DNA of 64,000 bases from Octopus vulgaris (lineage: Eukaryota), in NCBI GenBank assembly GCA_951406725.2, contig OX597821.1:186001-250000 (forward strand). Direction: 5' to 3'. Positions 12,746 to 26,397 of this stretch are shown here, piece after piece (position 1 is the stretch's first letter; each line of letters begins with the position of its first letter). A program made the translations under genes and the position numbers. The notes below the pieces were generated by a model. It made no database searches and was not told the origin of the DNA. It was given only the letters and a program-made list of their open reading frames with translations.

Positions 12746-13826
12746 GATCTTTTCCTTTTGAACGGTACATGTCGACACAATTTCTAGTTAACTAAACACT
12801 TTAAAACTTCATATTCTGGTAGAATGTGTCAAAATAAAACATTTTTGGCGATCTTTCGTTACATTTTTTTCTCTTGGCTTTCTTGAGAAAATTGTAATTC
12901 GTTTGTTTAATTTTTCGAATTTAACCAATCAATTGATAAAAAAATAAAAAAGTGGACATAAAGATAAAGTAAGGTAAGAATAAGGAGATACAGAAAAATA
13001 CGTGGTGGTTAGTGATGAAGGTTTAGGATGTTTTTGGTGAGTGTCATAAATTAAAACTTGATTATCTGGGGAACTGTATGGTAGTGGGCAGATGGTCAAT
13101 TTAAGTTGTATGTTCTAAGTATGGTGTGTGTCTATAAACTTATCTACTTACTCATAAAAAACTGGGAATCAATCAACATATATATACACATACACGCACA
13201 CACATATAAGTATGTATATGTGTGTGTATATATATGTATATATATATATGTGTGCATGCTTGTGCACATATGTGTGTGTATGTGTATGTATACATGTATA
13301 TACATTTCTAGTACCTCTTTGTCCGAGTGCATAAGGATACATATGCACGTGTGTAGAAATGTGAATGGGTGTACTTGTTTCTGTGCATGTGGGGGTATGT
13401 ATACATATGTCTATGATTTTGAATCTGGGTGTGTTTGTATATACATGTATTTATGTGCACGCATGTGGACGGGTGTATGTATGCATATATAAACAGCTGT
13501 GAGCATGCATGAACTTCAGTGAACCTGTATGGACGCATACATGTCGATGTATGCGTGTGTTTGTTTGTGTATGGGTCTCATTGAATATCTGTACACATGT
13601 ACTTATACATATGTATATGTATACATATATACATATATATATGTGTGTAAGGATAGATATATATCCATATATATACATATACGTATATATATACACACAC
13701 ATACACATACACACATGTTCTCTCTCTCACTTTCTCCTCATCCACCTCACCCTCTTGTACTGTCATAGTCCTCCCCACAACTACGAAACTCTATAAAATG
13801 ATTAAAATTCCCCACAAAGGAACTTA

Positions 13827-13960
13827 TTTTGATTTGAAAACCCCACTAGAATGGAAGAAAGCGCTAATGATCTAAGTGATATGATATATATATAAAAAAT
13901 GTAATATATAAATAAATATCTGTAAATATAAACCATCCGATCTTCTGATTACCTCATTTC

Positions 13961-14013
<53 letters not shown>

Positions 14014-14146
14014 TTTGATTTGAAAACCCCACTAGAATGGGAGAAAGCGCTAATGATCTAAATGATATGATATATATGTAAAAAATGTAATATATAAATA
14101 AAGATCTGTAAATATAAACCATCCGATCTTCTGATTACCTCATTTC

Positions 14147-14195
<49 letters not shown>
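13827..14195 (+). repeat. Tandem duplication (period 186 bp), each unit with a hammerhead-like motif and a (TA)n tail
   Basis: Near-identical units start at about 13827 and 14013. Each reads TTGAAAA-CCCCA..TGG(G/A)A-GAAA-GCGC-TA. Confidence 0.8.
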
Positions 14196-14208
<13 letters not shown>

Positions 14209-15462
14209 TGTGTACTTTATCTTTATGTCCACTTTTTAATTTTTTTATCCTTTTCTATTTTTATTTTTCGGCTTCATTTTTTCGCTTCTTTATCTTTATT
14301 TGTATTTCCTTGCTATTTTTCACTTCTACACTACCACAATACAGCTCCAGAACTTTAGACCCCCCCCACACACACACACGCGTACACGTAGGACATCCTT
14401 TGTATCTTTATATACTTTTTTTTACATCTTTACCCTTTTATTACATTTTGCACTTACTATTATCCTGTATAATCAGGTTTAGATTTATACATATACTTCT
14501 TCCTCTTTGTGATCCCAACTTCATTAAAGATTCACCCCCTTCCACTTCTTCCCTCTTTACCTCAACATCCAACCTCCTCATTCTTTATCAAGTGAAAAAA
14601 CGGTATGGACGTTTTGGTGTCTCGCTATGCCATATACAGCTGTGAAGATTTGCATTCCCAACGAAACTCTTTTTCCCAAACTTCTTCTCAAACCTGCTAT
14701 AATGTAATACATGTCTTTGGTGTGGTAATTGTACACGGCTGAAGAAGGCTATTGACATACATGTTACATCAATTATGCATTGATATAAATTGTCCAATAA
14801 AGCCAGAAACATATGTACTGCTAAATCCTTTGCATCCTGTTTTTCTTTTGATAAATATATATATATATATATACATATATGTAGTTCTTTTTGGCGCTGT
14901 TTACTACCCTAATTAACATCACCCATTTCAACCACATGTCCATGTGACTGTCTTTCCTCTTTCTATCTCCATTTATTACCCATGTCTGTTTTGCTGTCTT
15001 TTCAATGCCTGTGACTTATACACTCTTCACTAATGACCTCTGCTGTTATTTATTTCAGGGTATCTGGTGAGACGACAGACTGAAGACTAAAGAATGACAT
15101 GATCAAGGATATAAGGATCTTGTTTATGTAACTTCACTTCTATCAATATGAATTATTTCTTGTTAATTGCAGTTTACTCCATTATGACTGACTCTGTATA
15201 ACTTTTTACACTCTTCCTGTGATGGTGTCACAGCAAAGTTTACTGAGACGTTCCTCTTTCTTACATTTATCTATTTATGGCTTGGCCGTAACGGAATTAT
15301 TTCTGAATTCAAGACTGAATTACAAGAAAAATATTTTTGTCTTTCAGCTGAGACATAATCAAGTTTTGAAGAAAATAGCATTTTTGAAAATTTTTAGTAG
15401 AAATATATCTCTTGAAAATTACAGAGGAAACGTAGTTTTCTATTTTATGAAGATTCAACAGT

Positions 15463-17235
15463 ATGGAAGAGAAACTTAGTGAAAGTCAGATACATAAGGA
15501 AAAAACACCTGATAGTAATGATGTCTCTCATCAAACAGGAAAGATATACAGGTGTGATGTCTGTGGAAAGTCATTTAAAATAAGAAAATATTTCACTCAA
15601 CATAAATTGATGCATACAGATTCAAAATTGTTTGGCTGTGATATATGTGGTAAAAAATTCTCTTCGAATGAATATTTATCTAACCATAAACATCTTCATA
15701 CAGGTCTGAAACCATACAACTGTAGTATTTGTGGCAAAGTATTCTCACGAAATAGGGATTTATTGACACACAAACGTATTCACACAGGTGAGAAGCCATT
15801 CCATTGTGATATTTGTGGTAAAACCTTCACTGTAAATGGTTCTTTATCTGTACACAAACGTATTCACACAGGAGAAAAACCATACCACTGTGATATCTGT
15901 GGTAAAAGCTTCTCTGCAAGTAGTTCGGTAACAACACACAAGCTTATTCACACGGGTGAGAAACCCTATCACTGTGATCTTTGTGGGAAAGCATTCTCTG
16001 TAAATAGTAGCTTATCTAAACACAAGCGCTTTCACACAGGAGAGAAGCCATATCACTGTGATATCTGTGGTATGACGTTCTCTCAGAGTTCTAATTTAAT
16101 GGCCCATAAACGTATTCATACAGGAGAAAAACCGTATCACTGTGATATTTGTGGTAAAAAGTTCTCTACTAATGAATATCTATCAAACCACAAATATATT
16201 CACACAGGGGAAAAACGATACCATTGCGATATTTGTGGTAAAGCATTCTCCCAAAGAGGTAATTTGCTTTCCCATAAACCTCTTCATTCAGGAGAGAAAC
16301 CCTACCAGTGTGATATATGTGGTAAACATTTCTCTACAAATCAGTATTTATCTAACCACAAGCGTATCCATACAGGATTGAAGCCGTGCCCCTGCGACAT
16401 TTGTGGTAAAGCTTTCTCTCGAAACAGTCATTTGAATGAACACAAACGCATTCACACAGGTGAGAAACCATTCCATTGTGATGTTTGTGGTAAATCGTTC
16501 ACTATAAATGGTCATTTAACTAAACACAAACGTATTCACACAGGAGAGAAACCATATCAATGTGGCGTCTGTGGCCGGATGTTCACCGATAGTTCTACTT
16601 TACTCACTCATAGACGAATCCACACAGGAGAAAAACCGTATCACTGTGATATTTGTGGCAAATCTTTCTCTGCCAATGATTCTTTATCCAAACACAAACG
16701 TATTCACACGGGAGAAAAACCATATCGTTGTAATATCTGTGGAAAAGCATTTTCTGAAAGTAGTTCTGTATCAACACATAAACGTATTCACACTGGTGAG
16801 AGGCCATATCACTGTGATATCTGTGGAAAAACATTCACTGCTAGTAATTCATTATCTACACACCGAAGTATTCACACAGGAGAGAAACCATATGAATGTG
16901 ATATATGTAGTAAAGCTTTCTCACGCACTTGTAACTTATTGCGACATCGGCGTCTTCACACAGGAGAGAAACCATATCACTGTGATTTCTGTGATAAAAC
17001 ATTCACTTCTAGTACTGACTTAAACACACACATACGCATTCATACAGGAGAGAAACCATACAACTGTGATATCTGTGGTAAATCATTCTCTCGAAGTGGT
17101 CATTTGTTGAACCATAAACGCATTCACACAGGTGACAAACCTTATCACTGTGATGTATGTGGTAAGGCATTCTCTCAACAAGGTCATCTTCTAGCCCACA
17201 AATGTTTACACAAAAGAGTAACTACTCCTCTATGA
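15463..17235 (+). CDS. Tandem C2H2 zinc-finger protein (20 fingers, 590 aa, no effector domain in this exon)
   Basis: Intact ORF of 20 Cx2Cx12Hx3H repeats with TGEKP-type linkers. A splice acceptor TTTCAG lies at 15053-15058 and AATAAA at 17729-17734. Confidence 0.95.
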   Translation: MEEKLSESQIHKEKTPDSNDVSHQTGKIYRCDVCGKSFKIRKYFTQHKLMHTDSKLFGCDICGKKFSSNEYLSNHKHLHTGLKPYNCSICGKVFSRNRDLLTHKRIHTGEKPFHCDICGKTFTVNGSLSVHKRIHTGEKPYHCDICGKSFSASSSVTTHKLIHTGEKPYHCDLCGKAFSVNSSLSKHKRFHTGEKPYHCDICGMTFSQSSNLMAHKRIHTGEKPYHCDICGKKFSTNEYLSNHKYIHTGEKRYHCDICGKAFSQRGNLLSHKPLHSGEKPYQCDICGKHFSTNQYLSNHKRIHTGLKPCPCDICGKAFSRNSHLNEHKRIHTGEKPFHCDVCGKSFTINGHLTKHKRIHTGEKPYQCGVCGRMFTDSSTLLTHRRIHTGEKPYHCDICGKSFSANDSLSKHKRIHTGEKPYRCNICGKAFSESSSVSTHKRIHTGERPYHCDICGKTFTASNSLSTHRSIHTGEKPYECDICSKAFSRTCNLLRHRRLHTGEKPYHCDFCDKTFTSSTDLNTHIRIHTGEKPYNCDICGKSFSRSGHLLNHKRIHTGDKPYHCDVCGKAFSQQGHLLAHKCLHKRVTTPL

Positions 17236-17330
17236 CATTTGTTAATGTTAATCAGTTAACTTGGTATAAACAAATATGTTTGTAGACTCTCTTACCACCC
17301 TCCTCCTCCTCCTTTCTTAACTGGGCTTGG

Positions 17331-18240
17331 GACCAGCTAGGGCAGAGTTCCTTCAAAAGTTATTCTTAAGATAACCATCTTCGACCCCATCATCAACACA
17401 CTTCAACCCCTCCCCCCCACACAATTTGTCTTGTCTTTCTGTCTTTCCTACACTCACCTCTGCTCTTAAGATTTGGCTGGTTTCAGTTGAACTCCACTCA
17501 GGCCCAGGCCTTCCTCACTCACACGCCTCTCCTCTCATCACTCATATTGTTTAGCCATCCTCAACGGCCACACTCAACACTTCATCCCTAGAATGACAAG
17601 AGACTTCATTAAAACTTATGAAATATCATCACTGGATATTATTTACATAGTAGTTTTTTTTTTATATCACTGTTGTTTAATGTTGTTGAAATTGTTTTGA
17701 ATATTTTAGTTTTGTTATGTGAAATGAAAATAAAAACCTGGCTATAATTGCTACCTCTATAAAGTTGTTGTTGTGTTGCCCCAAGTCAGCACTTAAAAAA
17801 AAAATTTTTTTGTCTCGTCTAGAGGAAAGGATTGTATTCATGGCTTCTACGGGACCCTGAGACCAACGAAGTTGACACTTAATGTTCTGCTTGAATTGTT
17901 AAAAGAATTGATAATGTGGGGAGGTAACTCAAGACAGACAACATTCTGAAAAGGAAGGAGTTTGCATAATGTTTAGTGTGTTGTCCGGTGTGCAAAGTGG
18001 TTGCGTTATGAGAATCAAGAGTATGAGTGAGTTGGGAGGTTTGGAGTGTAGATGGCATCAGACAAGTCAGCTCTGAAGACCAGCTAGGGTAGCGTTCCTT
18101 TAAAAGTTATTCTCAAGATGATTAAATCATAAGATTACAGACATCTTCGACCCCATCACCAACACACTCCAACCTCTTCCTCACACATAATTTGTCTTTT
18201 TTGTCTTTCCTACACTCACCTCTGCTCTTAAGATTTGGCC
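17331..18240 (+). repeat. Dispersed direct repeat of about 150-165 bp (17331-17478 and 18078-18240)
   Basis: GACCAGCTAGGG...CTACACTCACCTCTGCTCTTAAGATTTGGC occurs twice. Confidence 0.75.
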
Positions 18241-18650
18241 GATGAGCAGAAAGCACAGTAGCAGCAGTTGAAGAGGCAGAAAGAGGAGACAGGATATCTG
18301 AAGGCCAGAAGTTGGGTGGTGTTCATGAGCAGTTGCATGCCAGTCTGTCAGGTAACTTTGGAAACTGTTGAGGATATCTATGTGTTGTGTGTGTAGTAGC
18401 AGTCCTGTCCCAGTAGTACTTCTTCATTGTGGCTGAGGCTTTGTACAACATCAGTAATTGGGGTGAGCTTCTAAAGTATTTCCTGGCTCTGAAGAGATGG
18501 ATCACTCTTAGTTATGTTGAAGATGTGTGTTCACCAGCAGAGATCCTCAATGATGATGAAGCCCATCATTAGTATTACTCATGATGGTTCTGGTTGTGTG
18601 TTGTACATGTTTGGTGAGGTGACTGTTTTCTTGATAAACACAATTTCATT
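18240..18650 (-). pseudogene. Degenerate LINE RT C-terminal fragment
   Basis: LFRARKYFRSSPQLLMLYKA resembles the post-RT region of CR1/L2/Jockey-group LINEs. Confidence 0.4.
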
Positions 18651-18939
18651 ATCATTGCTTTAATGCCTGCTTGTCATTGCTTACCAGGAACGGCTTGAAT
18701 TTATTAAAGCAAATTTTCTGTGGTCAGATGCTCTTCTTGTTGCCAACTCTCACTTGTTTCCATGCAAGATAATATTTTCCCATGGCTGGGCATATTTTTG
18801 GAGCACATTGGGAATGAATGACAGTTGCACTCATTTACAACTATCACACAATGTCAAGGCAAGTAGAAGGAGATACAAACATACACATATACATATGTAT
18901 ATGTGCTTGTATGTATGCATTTATACCCTTTCACCCTTT

Positions 18940-19130
18940 TTACTTGTTTCAGTCATTTGACTGTGGCCATGCTGGAGCATCACCTTTAGTCGAGCAAATT
19001 GACCCCAGGACTTATTCTCTGTAAGCCTAGTACTTATTCTATAGGTCTCTTTTGCCAAACCACTAAGTTATGGGGATGTAAACACACCACCATCGGTTGT
19101 CAAGCGATGTTGGGGCGGACAAACACATAA

Positions 19131-19171
<41 letters not shown>

Positions 19172-19338
19172 CACGACGGGCTTCTTTCAGTTTCCGTCTA
19201 CCACATCCACTCACAAGGCTTTGGTCAGCCCGAGGCTATAGTAGAAGACACTTGCCCAAGGTGCTACACAGTGGGAATGAACCTGAAACCATGTGGTTGG
19301 TAAGTAAGCTACTTACCACACAGCCACTCCTGTGCCTA
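18940..19338 (-). mobile_element. SINE family A, full length
   Basis: Complete head, internal (TA/CA)n and tail. Confidence 0.85.
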
Positions 19339-20654
19339 TATGCACACAATTCTTTCAGCATCTACCATATCCTCTCAAATACGTGGGTTGACCAGAACTA
19401 TAGTAGATGATACTTGCCCAAAAGTTGGTTGGCTTGGGACTGTAGTAGATGACACCTGCCCAAAACTTTGTGGTTGGTAAGTAACTTTCTTAACCACAGC
19501 CACACCTGCAGTGGTTGTATTTTCTCTCTTTTGAAGGTGACACAATCAGTTTCAAGACCTCGTTATGGTGCAAGAGCATGACATGAGGTGTCGAGGTTGC
19601 ATGTGGATTACACTTTTAGTAGAGGGTTAGGGAAGAGTTAGGGGCCATGCCGTGTGTATGTGTAGGAATGGGCATTGTTGAGTTAGTGGCATGTAGATCA
19701 TTTGATGTATAGGAGTTGATATTATGGATCAGAGAGTGTTTTATTTGTCAATACAGTGTAGTATGACCTGACCTGAAACTACTGATATGTAAAATGGTCG
19801 AAGCCCATAAACAAGCAGAGATTTGTGTGCCAGACATAGTCAAAATTTTTACTAATGTCAGTCTATTCATTGCTACTTCCAAAACTTCAAGGGTGAGTGA
19901 TGTAGGTGGTGGTGGGAGAGAGTAGGCCTCTAGTAGATTGGCCTTTTATTTTGAAAGCCATACTGATAGACATTAAAGACAGTGAGAGAGAGAGAGTCAA
20001 GGTGTTGGAGAAAATTGTTAATGGTTGAAATATAAGAAGGATAGTAAGGCCAGAGGAGTTAACTTTTTGGAAATGAGACACTGAAGCATGTTTCCAAAGA
20101 TTGAAATATATTTCTGTGATTGAAGAGTGGTGAGGATAAGAGCCAACTCTGGGATGTATTTGTTTGATGCTAATATCTCTTAACCCTTTCAATTTGTATA
20201 ACAGAACTCTCTATTACAAAGATGTTGATTGTAGAAAGGCAAACAAATGCCATAGGAACTACAAAAAATACAATGAGTGAACAATGATTGGTAATTATGA
20301 TTCTGAACAAAAAGTTTATGCTTATAATTTGAAAGTTTAAGAGTAAAATCTTTTTTACTGTTAGCTTAAGTTGCTGGTTGTCATTTTTTGTGCTGCCAAT
20401 AAATAAGTAAATAGCATTATTTTTTCCCCTTTTATGTATTAAAGCATCAGTATTATATATCCATCTATAATATATAGAATATAGATTGTATAGTCTATAT
20501 GTGTTATTTTACATATATATTTGTTTTGACAGGGTTAACAAAATATAAATGAAAAAAAAAAAGTTTACTAAAGTAAGGATTTTATTTACTTTCACTTTTT
20601 TGTTTTCACCTACATTGTAATATCAACAGAAAGGGTAAGATATTTTTTTCCAAA

Positions 20655-20792
20655 AGGATTGCTTACCAACCACATGGTTCTGGGTTCATTCCCACTGCGT
20701 GACACCTTGGGCAAGTGTCTTCTACTATAGCCCCGGGCCGACCAAAGCCTTGTGAGTGGATTTGGTAGACGGAAGCTCAAAGAAGCCTGTCG

Positions 20793-20824
<32 letters not shown>

Positions 20825-21020
20825 TGTGTGTCTGTGTTTGTCCCCCCAACATCGCTTGACAACCGATGGTGGTTTGTTTACGTCCCTGTAACTTAGCGGT
20901 TCGGCAAAAGAGACTGATAAAATAAGTACTAGGCTGCCAAAGAATAAGTACTGTGGTTGAGTTGCTCGACTAAAGGTGGTGCTCCTGCATGGCCACAGTT
21001 AAATGACTGAAACAAAAGAG
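20655..21020 (+). mobile_element. SINE family A
   Basis: High similarity to the other copies; absent from the paralogous segment at about 23590. Confidence 0.85.
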
Positions 21021-21466
21021 AAAAAACCCTATTTAATACGTTATTGATATTCTGATTTGGATACTGGCAACAAATTGATTAGAGGCTACTTTAAACCCCA
21101 CTCCTCTGTTTCCATATTTTCTTGTCTTCAACTGTCCAATACAATCATGAATCCCTGTCAATCTCACTTGTCACGGTGTGGTGTCTACAAAAGATAAAAA
21201 AATAGTCCCTTTGTTAAGGCCAAATGTTAAACAGCCACACACAAAACAAATGATTGGGGCAGTTTGGAATAGCTGTCATTATAGGAATGAAAAGGGCAAG
21301 GAATTGTGTAGTATTTCTCTGCTTAATTGTTAGTACTTTTGTGAATTATGAATCTGAAAAAAAAAAAAATCCTCCTGAAATCTAATTTTTTTATTTTACA
21401 TTTCTGTTCATCCTTTCCCTTTTCGCAATATTCCAAAATTCTACTAGGATTAATTTAACCTAACAG

Positions 21467-21810
21467 CCAACCACATGGTTCCAGGTTCAGTCCCACTGCG
21501 TGGTACCTTGGGCAAGTGTCTTCTACTATAGCCTCGGGCCGACCAAAGCCTTGTGAGTGGATTTGGTTGACGGAAACAGAAAGAAGCCCGACGTATATAT
21601 GTATATATAAATGTATGTGTGTGTATATGTTTATGTGTCTGTCCCCCCAACATCGCTTGACAACCGATGCTGGTGTGTTTACGTCCCCGTAACTTAGCGG
21701 TTCGACAAAAGAGACCACTTACAAAGAACAAGTCCTGGATTTGACTTGCTCGACTAAAAGGCGGTGCTGCAGCATGGCCACAGTCAGAATGACAAACAAG
21801 TAAAAGAGTC
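21467..21810 (+). mobile_element. SINE family A
   Basis: High similarity to the other copies. Confidence 0.85.
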
Positions 21811-22814
21811 ATTAGTTTATATATTAAATTTTAAGGGAAAGAACTAGGTAAAGAATTATTAAAGCGACATAACTCTTGGAGATATCCGCTGAAATTATAA
21901 TTCTTGATGTTATATCAATTCGAGCTGGCTTTGGCAGAACAGATTGAAGTGTCGAAATACCGCCTCTCCCAAATTTCCCTTATGCTGTTAAAAGAAGTGC
22001 GTCATCAACACACATTCGTCTGGAAGTAGTTGTTCTCCATTAGCATATTTACGTTCTTCTTTGCTGGACCGTATTAAGGATAAATTTACCGTTTCAGATA
22101 AGTTTTAAGTTCCTATAAATTTTCAAACCATTTTCACTGTTTTAGATCTCTTTTTCATATTTTGTTTTACTTTTAAGGACTTTAAATTCAGTCACTCCCT
22201 GCACTTGGGACTTTTTCAATTGTATTTCAGATGTTTTATTAAATGCAGTTGCTATCGTAACAGCGGGCAGTAAATGACACGCTGCAAAAAATAACAAAAT
22301 TGGTCCGTAACTCAATACAAATGAAGAAATAACGTAAAACTAGAACCTTGTTGGTTAACATAAGACCACGTCTGGTTCAGTAGACTTACGTTTATGCTTT
22401 TAAGCCACGAAACAATCCGTCTTCAGTCACTACATAATTTAAGATGTCAAGATTGATTTGAGGAAGAATTTGATGCTAATTTTAGTCGGTGGAACGGCCG
22501 CTCAAAACTTTTCTGCATTTTAGAGCAGTATCAAACGTCCCACAGACATTGTTTGGCTTTCGGGTCAAGATGTACCATCACTGAAGATAAGATGCTGGGT
22601 AGTATCACTGAATGTAAAACTACGTGATAAAGAAGCGAACTTTTTGTTATTAGCTTTATTTTTAGTAGTATTGTTTGTATTCTTGATTAATTTTTTAATA
22701 AATGATTTGAAGTAATTTTTAGTATTAATTTTTGTTTTATACGTATCTTTACTCAAATAGATGGTTGTAGAATACAGATCCTATACTTGTAATTTTAACT
22801 GTATATATTCGTTT

Positions 22815-23430
22815 TGATGTAAAACTTAGATATGTTTCGACCAAAGATTGGTCCAGGCCATGTCTAACTTAATAGCACCACCTGACAGGATTATCTAAAT
22901 CCTTTTTAAGTCAAGTTTTGTTTATGGACCATTCAAGTAGTGAGTTCTTGTTGAGTAAGTTATATCCAGGTATGGGTGGCTTATCTGGTATTCCTTGAAG
23001 AAATCTGTTTAAAGGTGATGGGATCCTTTTCCTCTTTGATCAGCTTTGGGACAATGTTAAACAAGGCAGGGCCTGTTGAGGAAAAGAAATTATGTCGTAG
23101 TGTACCTATATGTTGTCATCCTGAATTGAGCAGGGGACGTACGGCCCGTGGTCCCAGCTTTGGATGAACCTTGAAACTAATGTTCAGGTCGTTTGGGCAA
23201 TGCTGGCGGTATATTCCCCACATCGTACAAATCATGTACCGCTCGCAGCGGCGCTCAAGAGAGTAGAGTTTCAAAGCTTTAAGGCAGACACAGTAATCGA
23301 GATCAGTCATGCCTTCAATTCATTTATTGAGTGCCCTCTGGGGTGATTCAATCATCGAAATGTTTTGTTTTGTATGTGAAGACCATAAGGGGCAGCAGTA
23401 TTCGAAGTGTGGCCGTAAAAAGGAGGAGAA
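22815..23430 (-). pseudogene. CR1/L2-group LINE 3' fragment
   Basis: Minus strand encodes RPHFEYCCPLW...LKALKLYSLERRCERY...GPALFNIVP, related to 62277-63249, and ends in a 3' stem-loop tail. Confidence 0.75.
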
Positions 23431-24421
23431 AAGTGGAATGATGTGGTCAGTAAAATAAAAGAAAGAGAATAAAGTTCACTAAAATAAAGATTTTATGTAC
23501 AATAACTTTTTCGTTTCCTTCAAAACTCCATTCCAATTTTTGTTTTCACCCACATCATAATATCAGAAGAAAGGTAAAGATTTTTTATTTATTTCATAAG
23601 GCCAGTTCCTATTTAATAACCTATTGACATTCTTACTTGCGTATTGCTGAAGAATCAATTAAACATTCCTCTTCTGTTTCCATTATTCCGATTGCTATCA
23701 ATTTGCATTTGTTCAATAGAATCTTGAAATCTTATCAATCTCTCCATTGGCCTGCAAAAGATGCGAAAGTTGTCCCTTCCTTCAGGCCAAACCCTAAACA
23801 CATGCATACGCGCGTATGCACACAGAACATTTGGAATAGCTATCACTGCTCTTGGGGAATGAGAAAAGCAAGGAAATGGTGGTATTTCTTCTTCCATTGT
23901 TAGTAGTTTTTGTCTTTCATGCAACGGGAATTACATTCCAGTAAAAAAAAAAAAAAAACGATTCTGGTTTAAGTGCGGCATAACTTTTTTTTTTTTTTGA
24001 AATTATTGAAATTATCAGAAAACTTTTGCGCATTTGTGTTCTACACACAGGAATTCATATGGTTCTTTAATTCTTTTACTTGTTTCAGTCATTTGACTGC
24101 GGCCATGCTGGAGCACCACCTGTTTGGTTGTCAGCGGCTTCCAGCGTGAATTTTCTCTTCGAATTGATTTCATATTCAGTGTAATGATACTTTTATAGGC
24201 TAATTAATGACGTGAAAGTAATTTTCGCTAGAAATCAATAAATAAAGAGTTATTAGTAATTAAATTTTGAAAATTTTGGTAATTTTAACCAATCATAAGT
24301 CACAGACACATTCATGTCTGTTTCGATAATAATGAACTGGAACATGAGAACTCTGTTGCCTGTTGCCATAGTAACAGTCTCTGAAATTCTGCGAGGAAGC
24401 ACGTGTTGACAGTAGTCTTGT

Positions 24422-24923
24422 TTACAACCTTCGAACAGGGGAGGTCAGCCGCTTCACCTTGCTGGTCAGACATCTGCAGACATGTTTGGCGATAACTATT
24501 AATATCCAGTAACGCTGCCGTAATCTCCTTTAGAGAGACATAGTAATTTTAATATTTCTATTATTGAAAACAAGTGGATGTATTCCACTGAAACTAGGTA
24601 AATAAAATCTTCGAACAGACGGTCGGTAGCAACACCTGCTGGGTCTGACTACGCAGCATTGATAAAGGGCAACAACCTTGAAACATGCCTGCAGATGTCT
24701 GACCAGCAAGGTGAAGCGGCTGACCTCCCCTGTTCGAAGGTTGTAATGGACGCAGGTTCGTGTGTCATATAGCTAGCTAGAGGCGATGGTCTCTTGGAGC
24801 TAATCAACGACAGCTTTAGTCTTATATTTATGGACTGCCATATTAGTTTGGCGATAACTATTAATATCCAGTAACGCTGCCGTAATCTCCTTTAGAGAGA
24901 CTTAGTAATTTTAATATTTCTAT
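24422..24923 (+). mobile_element. Non-coding retrozyme-like or Penelope-terminus element
   Basis: Direct repeats at 24484-24561 and 24846-24923 (period 362), inverted repeats at 24422-24487 and 24681-24746, and a hammerhead-like motif at 24656-24692. Confidence 0.65.
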
Positions 24924-25008
24924 ATATATGTGTATATATATGTATATATATATGTATATATATGTGTATATATATGTATATATATATATGTGTGTGTGTG
25001 TATGTATA

Positions 25009-26175
25009 TATCAGGTCATCCCATAAGTTATGTCCGAATTTTGAATAAAGAAAACAAATGATCAAATGTTATATTTAACCATCAATGTACTTTCCCTGAT
25101 TATCTACGACTTTCTTCCATCTATTTACAAGGTTTTTAATCCCATCAATGTAAAACTCTTTTGGTTTCAAAGCGAACTCCGAAATGTCAGTTTCGACCTC
25201 CTCCTGGCTTGCGAAAGTTATGTCTTCCAAATGATTCTGTAAACTACAAAACAGATGGTAATCTGAAGGAGCAAGGTCTGGAGATGTAAGGTGGATGAAG
25301 AATTTTTTCCCAACTAAGCTCTTGCTATTCGATCTTCAAAGCTTAGTTCAAATGCTTTAATTGTTATCAGTAGACTTGAGCATTGATTGTTGCATTAGGT
25401 GGTAACAATTCAAAGTGAATTACTCCTTTGCAATCCCACCAGATAGAGAGAAGAAACCTTTTCCCATGAAGTTCCCTTCTCGGTTGTGGTTGAGCCTTTT
25501 CCCTTTTACCAAGCCACTGTTTACGACGTTTAACATTTCGATAGAAGATCCATTTTTCGTCACCAGTCACAAGTCTATCGAAAAAGAGTGAAATGAGTTC
25601 GCGAGAATGGAGAGAAGAGCAGATGTCAACTCGGGATTTGCGGTTGCTTTCGGACAATTCATGAGGCACCCATTTTCGAAGTTTAGGAACCTTTCCAAGT
25701 TGTTGAAGATGACGATGAACAGTTGTATGGTTTGAACTAAGCTTTAGTACCATTCTTCAACTGATAATGCAGGATTTTCTTCAAATAATACCTCAAGGAG
25801 CTTATAATCAAACTAAACTGGACGTTGTGTTCGATCTTCATCCTCAAGGCTGAAATCTCCACTTCTGAATTTTGCAAACCATCTTCTGCAAGTTCTTTCA
25901 TTCAAGCATTTCGCCCCCTAAACTGAGTGTATGTTTCGAGTCGCTTCGGCTGCAGAGTTTCCTTTTTTGTACTCATAAAGCATTATGTATCTTAAATGCT
26001 CTTTGGATACTTCCATGCTAGAAAGGGTTTTAATCAAAGAAATTTTAAATTAATTTAAATGTGCACAAATGCATAAAAATAATTTTAAATTCCATTAGAC
26101 ATTCTAAAATACTATTAAATTTCATTCAATTTTAGAAAAGATAAAATAGGACAGAACTTATGGGATGACTTGATA
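25009..26175 (-). mobile_element. Mariner DNA transposon with a decayed transposase
   Basis: TIRs of about 30 bp (TATCAGGTCATCCCATAAGTT...) in a TA context. Transposase remnants run from the ATG at 26016 and include WVPHEL, TGDEKW and SPDLAPSDYHLF, with stops and an internal deletion. Confidence 0.92.
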
Positions 26176-26254
26176 TATATAGCACTCTACTCGTTTTCAG
26201 CGTAACGTAAACTCTAACCCTAAACACCGGGTGTGCGTATTCTTTACCTTCGCT

Positions 26255-26285
<31 letters not shown>

Positions 26286-26313
26286 TACATACATACATAC
26301 ATACATACATACA

Positions 26314-26389
<76 letters not shown>

Positions 26390-26397
26390 CATGCATA

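Noticed and set aside
22815-22890. GACC..GGTC-GAAAC hairpin as a hammerhead
   Set aside because: There is no CUGANGA-type core at the right position. It is better explained as the LINE 3' recognition stem-loop.
23655-23924. 89-aa minus-strand ORF in the duplicated segment
   Set aside because: The frame does not appear to be preserved in the paralogous copy at about 21030-21350.
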